Assembly: GCF_004010195.1 (NCBI RefSeq)
Contig: NC_057752.1
Span: 8,217,889-8,281,888 of the forward strand
Source: Chiloscyllium plagiosum
Taxonomy: Eukaryota
Length of the DNA: 64,000 nt
Direction: 5' to 3'
The notes beneath the pieces were generated by a model, which made no database searches, had not been told where the DNA came from, and saw nothing but the letters and a program-made list of their open reading frames with translations. Shown in pieces: positions 37,583 through 47,810 of this stretch. The translations under genes were made by a program, and so were the position numbers. Numbering within the stretch: the stretch's first letter is position 1; each line of letters opens with the position of its first letter.

Positions 37583-40307
37583 GTACATCATACAGACCAA
37601 TATCCTTGCTAAATGTAGATTTTAAAATCCTCTCTAAAACGTTAGCACTGAGATTAGAAAGGATACTGCCACATATTATAAAGGAGGATCAGACGGGGTT
37701 TATTAAGGGCCGTAGATCATCCAATAATGTTAGAAGGGCTCTGAATATGATTCAAGCTTGTCATCAGGGAAAGATACCAGGAGTAGTGGTTTCATTAGAC
37801 GCAGAAAAGGCATTTGATAGGGTCGAATGGTCATATTTGTTTTACACATTGGAGAGGTTTGGCGTTGGACAGGTGTTTACCAAATGGATCTCAACATTGT
37901 ATAGTGATCCCAAAGCAGTTGTGGTTACCAATGGATTAGGCACGGATAGCTTCAGTGTGGGTAGGGGCTGCCGTCAGGAATGNNNNNNNNNNNNNNNNNN
38001 NNNNNNNNNNNNNNNNNNNNNNNNNNNNNNNNNNNNNNNNNNNNATATTGCTTCAGCCCTTCCTGCTCAGAAAGTGAGCAAGGGCCAGCAAAATTGAACT
38101 CCAGCTCTACATTCCTGATAGATTATTTGCATTGTCCATCTCATTGAACAGTGCATAGGGTCACGGTGACTATGTCATACAGAGGAGCATTTTGCAAGTG
38201 AGTGCTTTGAAAGTAAAAGATGCAAATTTGGATCCAGATTTTGAATTGCTGCACAGAGAAATAATCCTGTGTTACATGGATCAATGCCAAGTTTGCTCAC
38301 AAAAGGTAAATGTATGTAGAAATGTCCTCTGGAAATGATCCAGTGGTACAGTATAGTGAAAGATTGGATAACCCAGTCAGTCAATGCTCTGACAAATTTG
38401 AGGCTAGATAGTGTGAACCAGAAAGCTTACTTGTCAGGATGATGATTCATTGCTGGCAGTATCATTTATCAGAGACCTTTTTAATGTAACTTTCAGTGAA
38501 TGTCCTATTAAATTGTTTTCCATGTTTGTTTAACTGTGTTTTCATCTTCAAGATAGTTAAGTATACATTACCATAGCAGCAATATTAGCTTTGAAGCTAA
38601 CAGTATAACTGCATGGCTTTCTGAACAGTGATAGAATAGGTGGAGTCAGTAGGATGCATTGACTAAAAATAGCATAGTGATAAAACGGTGGTTCACAAAG
38701 CAGGTAAAGTCATCAACAACATATCTTGTCCATGTAAGGTTCCACTTTCCAAATCCCAATCTAGAATATGAAAGATATAATTTTTGCTTTTAAGTTCATA
38801 ATGATTGCACCTTAAAAATAAACAGATGGTTCCCTATTAAGTTATATAGCTGATTGGGTCTTGTCTGATCCACAATCAATCTGGTTGGACATCGAGGCTT
38901 GTCAAGTAAAATACCCACTTATTAACCTTTTATTCTCAGACAAGAGGAAAATCATTACAGATCACTGTAAAAACCCTATAATACTGAATACAATCAAGGC
39001 TTGGAATATAATGCGGCAAAATGAGGGTAATTCACATAAAACATCCCCCTATGCACCGATAGTGGGAGCATGGGGATTCCAACCGGGGTTAACAGATGCC
39101 ACTTTTAAACTCTGGAGATCCAGGGGTATCTCATGTCTCGGGGATTTATTTAAGGATGGGGTCCTGATGTCTTTCGGACAGCTGCGTGAGAAATTCGGAT
39201 TACCCAATGGAGACCTCTTTCGATACTTCCAAATTCGAGATTTTATACAGAAGAAGACTACGTTATTAGATAGTCTTTATAAATCCGATAGAGAATGTAG
39301 TGTCCTACGACCAGTGGGGGTATCTTCCGTCAGTAATATTTATCATTTGCTACATGATGAAGTATCGGGAGATATGGATAATCTGCTTAAAACATGGGAT
39401 CAGGATCTGGGACTAGAAATCTCCACAGAAACGTGGAATGATATCTGGGAAAATGCTAGAAGAATTACTATTTGTAACAGAACCCAGGCTATCCAGCTGA
39501 AGATACTTCATAGGGCCCATATAGCACCGGTTCGATTGGCAAAATTTAAGGCAGGAGCATCTCCAATGTGTCCTAAATGCAAAATAGAGGTGGGCACTCT
39601 TGTATATTGCTTATGGACCTGTCATAAGATCCGTAGATATTGGGCTAAAGTAGCAAGTACCCTGACAGAAATTTTAGGAACGGAAATTAAAGTGGACCCC
39701 GTATCTCTCCTCTTGGGCTTTTCGAACTTTCCCTCCCTGGACACGTATGGGAAGAGACTATTTTCTATTCTTTCTTTCTGTGCAAGGAAAAATATTTTGA
39801 TGAACTGGGTGGCGGAGGGCCCCCCTGGACTTTCAAATTGGCACAGACTAATTATGGAATGTATTCCCCTTGACTTCCTTTCCAATTTGGTGCAAAAGAC
39901 CGAATTATTTTATAAAATATGGCAGCCCTTTTTGAATTACATAAATACAGATATTTCGGCTATCCTAACAAGGGCTTTTATTTAATTGAGATTACAAACT
40001 TGGCTGGTCCGCGGCCCCTCGGGGGAGGAATCCCGCACGAATACGGGTTTTATCATATCTGATGCTAACACATCCCGAGCATGTAAGAGACTTAAATATA
40101 CACCCTGGTTAGTTGTAGGTTAGATTAGTAGATACTTGAGGTTTGTTTGTTTGTTTTTTTTTTTTTGTTTTGTTTTGTTTTTTTTTGTCAAATTTTGGCT
40201 ATTGTATATTTGAGCTAATTGTATATCAATGTTTATATCTGAGAGTTTTGTTTATTTTTGTAAACTTGTAAAAATGTTAAATTTCTAATAAAAATATCTA
40301 TAAAAAA
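37583..40307 (+). mobile_element. Young 5'-truncated L1-clade LINE (RT fragment, C-terminal cysteine motif, 3' UTR, poly(A)) spanning an assembly gap
   Basis: YRPISLLNVDFKIL...QTGFIKGR...SLDAEKAFDRVEW...GCRQ; ORF 38861..39985 with CPKC-x8-YCLWTC; aataaa then A-tail; 13-bp TSD aagcttacatggt (37570..37582, 40308..40320). Confidence 0.9.
37983..38044. other. Assembly gap (62 N)
   Basis: Run of n. Confidence 1.
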
Positions 40308-40320
40308 AAGCTTACATGGT

Positions 40321-41400
40321 AAGCAGTTGGCTAGTGCCCTATCAATGAGGTTACCAATAGGTTGATTTTGTAGAATGGGGAAATTATAGGAATTCCAATG
40401 CATATATTGACTGTTGAATGTAGGCTTGTGGTAGACAGTAGTAGAGAACACATTGGCATATTTCTCAATTTACATGAGGAAAGAGAGCTTGTTTGCCTCG
40501 TTTCAGCAGCAGATTTTACCTCTGACACATTTACAACATTTGTATCCACAGTTGCATCAAAGAATTTGTTTATACAGTTTCATAAATTCCCATCCTGTGC
40601 ACAAATTTACAGGTGAAATGGCACAATCAAACAAGCTTTGTATTTGTTAGGAAATCTGCAAATGGGTTTTCTTCACCATATATTGCAAGGCTGCATGCTC
40701 TAGTCAATTTATGCACTGGTATTCCAACAATTCGATGCACTACAAGATCAACGTTATTGGCAAACTCATGAATTGGCCTCTAACCATCTGCTCATGCAAG
40801 CTTGATGCTGAGATAGCCATTATCATATGTGAATAGCTGTGTTATTGGCTATCTTATTAAATCAGCACCCACTGTATATCTCACAAATTTATGGAAGGAT
40901 CTATGGCCACCACTTTTTTGGCCCTGAAACCTGTCCAATCTACCTTGATATCCATCTCTCATTGCTATTTTGCAGGAAACATGAGAATGGTATTCCACAC
41001 TGATAGGATGTTGCCATCAAGCCACAGAGACATTTTGCCTCTGTAAACAAGTAATGCGGTTAATGAGTTTCAGTTGTGTGATATATGTCTATAGGTTCTA
41101 CATCTTAAAAACTGACAGATCATATTAAGTAAAACATCCCATTGATTGTCCACAGCAGGCAGCAGGCTAACTGTGCTCAACCAGCCCGTGCTTGTAAATT
41201 TCAGAATACCATGTCCGATATTTGGATGAGATCTTGCTGCTGGACATCATTTTACGAATAATCCTGACTCCGATGAGAATTACACCAGAAACCAAGATTA
41301 TCAATCTGGTTTGAAGTGTGATTCATTTGCGTGTGCTTAGGCTACACATATTCACACACCTAGCCCTGTTCTTTGTAGAATTTGTCCTTACATTGCACCT
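40321..41400. mobile_element. Old Penelope-like relics, minus strand to ~40610 then plus strand
   Basis: Minus strand TTVYHKPTFNSQYMHWNS...IGNLIDRAL; plus strand QFMHWYS..SMHYKINVIGKL...TICSCKLDAE, both resembling the PLE RT thumb. Confidence 0.55.
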
Positions 41401-41429
41401 TTTCATTGAGGAAACCGGTATGGGGACTG

Positions 41430-41613
41430 GAAAGGCATAGCAGGTTAGGCAGCATCCGAGGAGCAGGAAAATCGATGTTTCGGGCACAAGCCCTTCATCT
41501 TGCCTGAAACGTCGATTTTCCTGCTTCTCGGATGCTGCCTGACCTGCTGTGCTTTTCCAGCACCACTCTAATCTTGACTGATTTCCAGCATCTGCAGTCC
41601 TCACTTTCACCTA
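41430..41613 (+). mobile_element. Short fold-back hammerhead-family element with 13-bp TSD
   Basis: TSD ggtatggggactg (41417..41429, 41614..41626); the arms meet within the hammerhead motif. Confidence 0.85.
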
Positions 41614-43282
41614 GGTATGGGGACTGCCAATCCATGCTGTTTTTGTCATGACAACACCTTTGCCAATCAGAGACTATCTGCCTGGTCTAATTTTAAACAA
41701 CTAACTAAGATTGACAGTTAACAGTTTCTAATTCATCCCCATGCCAGCCATGGTTGAAGTAATAAGCACCATCTTCTCATGCTAAGTTGTTCCTTTTCTA
41801 AATATGGTTTCTTGCATTCCAGTCGAGATCGGTGTGAGTTAAGTTTCAACGTTATGCTTCTTTTTGACAGTGGACAGTGCAATTTCCAACCTTAGGAGAA
41901 GAGGGAGGCTAAGATTCTTTAAATTGGTCATGACACTTAAACTTCCATAAGTAATACATTTAAAGAAACTTTTGTTCTCACATGCTGCAAGGAATAGTAT
42001 GTATGCCTTATACTCTATTCCGAAGAAAGAGGATTGGTTCTCTTGTTCTGCTTGCATTCTATTGTTCTGCTTGCATTCTATTGTTCTGGTTGCTGTCAAA
42101 AAAGACAAGAAGTGAAGAGCAGTCATGTTAACGTTTGCACGTTTTGGAAATTTGTCTTCCAAACAATACTTTTCATTGTCATTCAACGTTTTTGCTACAT
42201 CAGATTAGTTTGTTGAGTTTTTTTTTTACAGGCGTGTATATGTAGTCTCTGTAAACACTGTCAAATCTGAAAATAATTTTACAATTAATTGTTATTATTT
42301 CTGTTATAATTATAAAGGCGGATCTGTACCAGGATCAGACTTGGGTTGATTTGTTTTGATTGTAATCCATGATGGGAGAACAGCGACTGCTTCAGGTCCT
42401 GGAAGAACACTCATTTGTATTCTGTGTGAAGGCTATATTGTATATTGTGATGTATAAAACAGGACAAAATGTTGTCTAAGCACAAAGGTAAGTACAGGTG
42501 CAGAAGGAAGTTCAGTTTTTTTTCTCAGCCTCTCATAGAAACTCCAAATATCAGTCTCGTCACAGTATCGCACATATCACAGATTAACTCAAGGTTTTTG
42601 CATCCTCTGCCCTATCATAGGCATCATTTTAATTAATGATCACTGTGCTAAAGTGCCTTTTGACATCAATGCATGTATTTGCATTTTTTATCAGTTTGTA
42701 CCTCATTCCCCTTTGCTGACAGTCGTGACTTAATTTGAAACAGTGCTCAAATTATTGTTTTCAATTTCACGTGTAATTTCTGTTCACTTATGGGGCATGG
42801 GTATCGCTGGCAAGACCAGCATTTGCTGTCCATCATGTACCTCCTTTCAAAGTTGAACAATCTCTGATTTTTCTCAGTTTTTCCTTAGTAATTTTGAAAG
42901 ATTTAAGATCATAGCATGTGACAATTTGATATATTTTAATTTTTCTTGCAAAAAGCCACCTAACCTCACTCTCTTGCTTGTTTCCCTTATCCTTTTTAAT
43001 ATTCTTTTTCAAGTAATTATCTATTTAATAATTGTGACCTTTCTTGGAACAACAGTTTAGAGCATTTCACATCCAAATCACCCTCTATGAGGAAACACTT
43101 TTCAAACCACTCTCATTTATATCTTCATGCTAAATTTATGTGCACTCATTACCATTTCACCATAATCTTGAAGGCTTCTAATCAGGAACCCCTTAATTTT
43201 CTCCAATCTAGCAGAAAAGTCTTAAATTTAAAATTTAAATCTCTTTTAACTGTAATAGCCCATCCTGGTAATGTTATTTCAT

Positions 43283-44589
43283 AGTGCGTTTTGAGAAGAT
43301 CTGTAGCTCAGGTTGAGGTTTTGGATGTAGGTTTGCTCGCTGAGCTGAAAGGTTCATTTCCAGACGTTTTGTTATCCTACTAGGTAACATCTTCAGTGGG
43401 CCTCAGGTGAAGCAATGCTGAAAATTCCTGCTTTCTATTTATATGTTTGGGTTTCTTTGGGTTGGTGATGTTATTTCCTGTGGTGAAGTCACTTCCTGTT
43501 CCTTTTCTCAGGGGGTGGTAGATGGGGTCTAACTCGATATGTTCGTTGATAGAGTTCTGGTTGGAATGCCATGCTTCTAGGAATTCTCGTGCATGTCTTT
43601 GTTTGACTTGTCCTAGGATGGATGTATTGTCCCAGTCGAAGTGGTGTCCTTCCTCATCCATATGTGAGGATACTAGTGAGAGAGGGTCATGTCTTTTTGT
43701 GGCTAGTTGGTGTTCATGTATCCTCGTGGCTAGTTTTCTACCTGTTTGTCCAATGTAGTGTTTGTTACAGTCCTTGTATGGTACTTTGTAAATTACGTTA
43801 GTTTTGCTCATTGTCTTATAGGGTCTTTCAAGTTCATTAGCTGCTGTTTTAGTGTGTTGGTGGGTTTGTGGGCTACCATGATGCCAAGGGGTCTGCATAG
43901 TCTGGCAGTCATTTCCGAGATGCCTTTGATGTAGGGGAGAGTGGCTTGGGTTTCTGGATGTGTTTTGTCTGCTTGTTTGGGTTTGTTGCTGAGAAATTGG
44001 TGGACTGTGTTCATTGGGTACCCATTCTTTTTGAATACACGGTATAGGTGATTTTCCTCTGCTCTGTGTAGTCCCTCTGTCCTGCAGTGTGTGTTGGCTC
44101 ATTGAAATAATGTTCTGATGCAGCTTCGTTTGTGTATGTTGGGATGATTGCTTCTGTAGTTCAATATTTGGTCTGTATGTGTTGTTTTTCTGTAGAAGTT
44201 GGTTTGAAGTTCCCCATTGGCTGTTCGCTGTACTGTGACATCTAGGAATGGCAGTTTGTTGTTGTTTTCCTCCTCTTTAGTGAATTTTATGCCAGAAAGG
44301 GCATTATTGGTGGTCTTGAGAATTCCTAGAAGCATGACATTCCAACTGGAACTCTATCAACGAACACATCGAGTTAGACCTCATCTACCACCCCCTGAGA
44401 AAAGGAAGTGGAAGTGGCTTCACCACAGGAAATGACATTACCAACCCAAAGAAACCCAAACATTATAATTAGAAAGCAGGAATTTTCAGCATTGCTTCGC
44501 CTGAGGTCCACAGAAGATGTTATCTAGTAAGGTAATGAAACGTCTGGAAATGAATCTTACAGCTCAGCAAGCAAACCTACATCCAACGC
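43283..44589 (-). mobile_element. 5'-truncated Penelope-like retroelement (RT thumb plus GIY-YIG endonuclease) with inverted terminal repeats
   Basis: IKFTKEEE...LPFLDV...YRKTTHTDQILNYRSNHP; NVIYKVP..DC.KHYIGQTGRKLATRIHEH...REFLEA; ~268-bp inverted arms 43321..43588 and 44318..44586; flanking direct repeat tatttcat (43275..43282, 44590..44597). Confidence 0.92.
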
Positions 44590-46607
44590 TATTTCATCTT
44601 TGCTGATGTAGCCTTCCTATAACTGGGCACCATAAACTACCACAAAGTACTCCAACTGCAGTCTGACTAATGTCTTATGCAAGTTTAACACATCTCCTTA
44701 TTTTGGTGTTTGATACTTCTAATTATAAAACCCAAGAATTTGTGTTTTCCTTTTTATTCATGATGTTCGTGAAACTGATAATATTTTCAGTGAATGCCTG
44801 CAGTATCAAGGTTTTTTACATAAATAAATGTACTTCAACTTGTTGAAATAGCTGTTTCTCATTGAATAATTTATGTATATTCAGAATATTTTCAATTTAC
44901 ATACTTTTTCCCCTCAAAGTAATACTGTTCCCTCTACAAATATCTTCTGCATCAGTTGTCATGATCCCAATGTCTATGGCTAAATGGAGTTTTACTGATG
45001 CCACCTTTTGTTAATATTGATCGGTTTGTGATAAATGAAATAAGTTAGAGCTCTGTGATACTGGCCCAGATACACTGGTAAGGAATTACTTTTAGCTTTG
45101 TGTTATCAAAACGGGGAATGAGCTTTGTCATCAGTGTCACTTTCTGGGTAGGGGATGATGAAAGAACAACACTGAAAATGATTTTTCACACCTGCACTAC
45201 TTTAATAATCTTATAATTTTCAGCTGTGTACATTATTCATTTCAGTGGCCATCATTTGGAGCTTTCAGTCCATTCATTATTGACTATCAAAGGCACACAA
45301 GGTTCTGGCAAACAGATACCCTAAAAAAAATGGTATCAAAGTTCTGAATTTCATCAACTGCATTTTGTTTTCAAACAAACATTCCTGGCAAAAGTAATTT
45401 CTACTCTTGTCTTTCCAATCACTGTCCATTTTCACCTTTTCACTTTCTTGTATGTCATCTCATTATGTTTCTAGTTCTGTGATACTTTCAATTTTTTTTG
45501 TTTCTTTGGGTTCACATTTGTTTAGTATGATTGCAAGTATTGGATTCCACCACCAACCCCCACCACTATCTGTCTCAAGTGCTGACTCTCTTGCTGGGGT
45601 ACTTATGCATTATCTTCTTTACCAAATTGTGGGCATTCTTTACGTGCTAGTCAGGGTAATAATGAATGACCCTTACAAATGCTGGGATCAAAGGTGATAC
45701 CAAGCATTGTGGTCCCAAAGCTCTCATGTATATTTTCCAGTAGAGGTCACAGAGTTGAAATTCGAAGTGAAAACTCTCGCTTTTTTTTGTTTTCTGGATT
45801 GCTAAAAGCCATAGTCAACAATTCTTTCCAGGCAAGCAGGTGTAGTTTGTACTTTGGTCAATGAGTCAGGTACTCTTATTTATTTTTTTCAGTTTTCTCC
45901 CATCCCAATACCCAGAATTGTTTCTACACTGAGAAAAGAAATACGTCTTCCTCACTTCCATTAGTGATACTTTGAAGTGTGTGAAAGCTATATATTATGA
46001 ATTACTCTCTGATACTTCTGAAAGTATGCATGTACATTGAATGTGGTTAAGTTAATTCATGATAAAGTCTAAATCTTGGAGTTGTTTTGAAAGAAGCAAT
46101 TTTTATTTACTTTACATAACTGCATCTATATGAAATGTATCTCAGACTAATGAAGTAAATTTCTTTTTGTTCTTTGGTGATATCTAAAATGATGTAGGTT
46201 TGGCAAACCTCGGGCAAGTTTGCAATGAACATAAGCCAAGCACAAAATAACCTATAATTTATTACAATCCATACTTATCATTCCCCAACTCCGCCAAGGG
46301 ATCAGTGATGAAAGTGTGACTCTGGTACAGTAGGAGGTAGACTTCCGAAGTTGTAGTGAAGCCACATTGTGAGGAAGCATGTGGTACAACTAACCTAGTA
46401 ATGTTTGTTGCTGACTCTGGGCACATTTAGAAACCTTTTTCAATTCCATTACAATCATTGCTTAGCTTGCTGAGTACCAATTACAGTGGTTCAGGTAACA
46501 CTTAGCTTGTGGACTAATTCCTCCTTCTCTGTAAAGACATACCTTGATTTTCTTTTTCAGATGTTTTTGTGTACAGTGGCTGAGAAGCACAGAAATAGTC
46601 TGTGAAG

Positions 46608-47810
46608 ATGCCGGATAAAGATAATTTATTTAACAGTGGTAATGACGAGGCTGGCCACAGCTCAGATGATATTTGCCGAGACTTCCTGCGCAATGTCTGC
46701 AAACGTGGTAAGCGCTGCAAGTTCTATCACCCTGATATTAATGAAGTGTCTGACTTGGGCGTAAAGAAAAATGAATTTGTCTTTTGTCATGACTATCAGA
46801 ACAAGGAGTGCACTCGCATCAACTGCAAGTTTATTCATGGGACAAAGGAGGATGAGGAACATTATAAAAAGTCAGGAGAGCTTCCCCCACGCCTGCGCCT
46901 GACAGTGGCCATGGGTCTTGGCCTTTCGCCATCTGACCTCTCTTTTAAAAAAGGTGAGGTCCCAATTTGTCGTGACTACTTGAAAGGTGACTGTCAACGA
47001 GGATCTAAGTGTAAATTCCGGCACTTAAAACGTGATGAATATGAATATGAAAACAGAACTTTGGAGAGATTGTCACGAGACCAAGTGATTTCTCCTGTAG
47101 TGCGTCGATATGACCCATTTGATGACCTCTATGACACTGATCGCTATGTAGATTATGACCATGTTCTCAAGAGACGAAGAGTTGATGGCTTGCGATTTGA
47201 GAGTTATGATTTTAATATCCCAAATTCGCGTCCAGTTGACTATCGGTTTCTGGAGGAGGAGAATCTGATGCTTCGAAAGCGTATTGAGGAACTCAAAAAA
47301 CAGATCTCAAATTTAATGGCAACTAATGAGGTACTTTTGGAGCAAAATGCACATTTCCGCAACCAAACCAAGGTGGTCACGCTGACCTCCACTCCCACAG
47401 CAACAGAGCAAACACTGGCAGCACCAACTGTGGGTGCAATCACCAATTACAACCATGGAATAGCACAGACTCACACCACTTTGAGCAGCCAAGCGCTTCA
47501 ACCGCGACCTGTCACCCAGCAAGACCTGGTGGCAACTGCTGGAGCTACTGCTGCACCACCTGCTAACGCTGCACCAACAGCACAGCATCTTAATCCTGAG
47601 ATTGCTTCACTTCCTGCAGCGCTTGCCCAGACCATTGCCCAGGGGATGGCGCCTCCAGTCTCTATGGCCCCAGTGGCTGTTTCTGTTGCACCAGTGGCAG
47701 TGTCAATTGCACAAGCAATGCCAGGAATCACTATTAGCCATGCCACCACTCCAATGGTTACTTATCCAATTGCATCACAGAGTATGAGGATAACAGCAAT
47801 TCCTCACTGA
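46608..47810 (+). CDS. ZC3H10: Zinc finger CCCH domain-containing protein 10, 400 aa, single coding exon
   Basis: MPDKD start, three CCCH fingers (CRDFLRNVCKRGKRCKFYH, CHDYQNKECTRINCKFIH, CRDYLKGDCQRGSKCKFRH), coiled coil LEEENLMLRKRIEELKKQ, C-terminus MVTYPIASQSMRITAIPH; acceptor ttttctttttcag ends at 46560. Confidence 0.96.
   Translation: MPDKDNLFNSGNDEAGHSSDDICRDFLRNVCKRGKRCKFYHPDINEVSDLGVKKNEFVFCHDYQNKECTRINCKFIHGTKEDEEHYKKSGELPPRLRLTVAMGLGLSPSDLSFKKGEVPICRDYLKGDCQRGSKCKFRHLKRDEYEYENRTLERLSRDQVISPVVRRYDPFDDLYDTDRYVDYDHVLKRRRVDGLRFESYDFNIPNSRPVDYRFLEEENLMLRKRIEELKKQISNLMATNEVLLEQNAHFRNQTKVVTLTSTPTATEQTLAAPTVGAITNYNHGIAQTHTTLSSQALQPRPVTQQDLVATAGATAAPPANAAPTAQHLNPEIASLPAALAQTIAQGMAPPVSMAPVAVSVAPVAVSIAQAMPGITISHATTPMVTYPIASQSMRITAIPH

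Noticed and set aside
42318..42487. Possible second non-coding exon of ZC3H10 (strong donor aag|gtaagt)
   Set aside because: The acceptor is ambiguous (42232 or 42318) and there is no clear homologue in the paralogue; needs RNA-seq
46602..46607. ORF-track start (MK-MPDKD)
   Set aside because: 46602 is GTG; the ATG matching the known MPD N-terminus is at 46608
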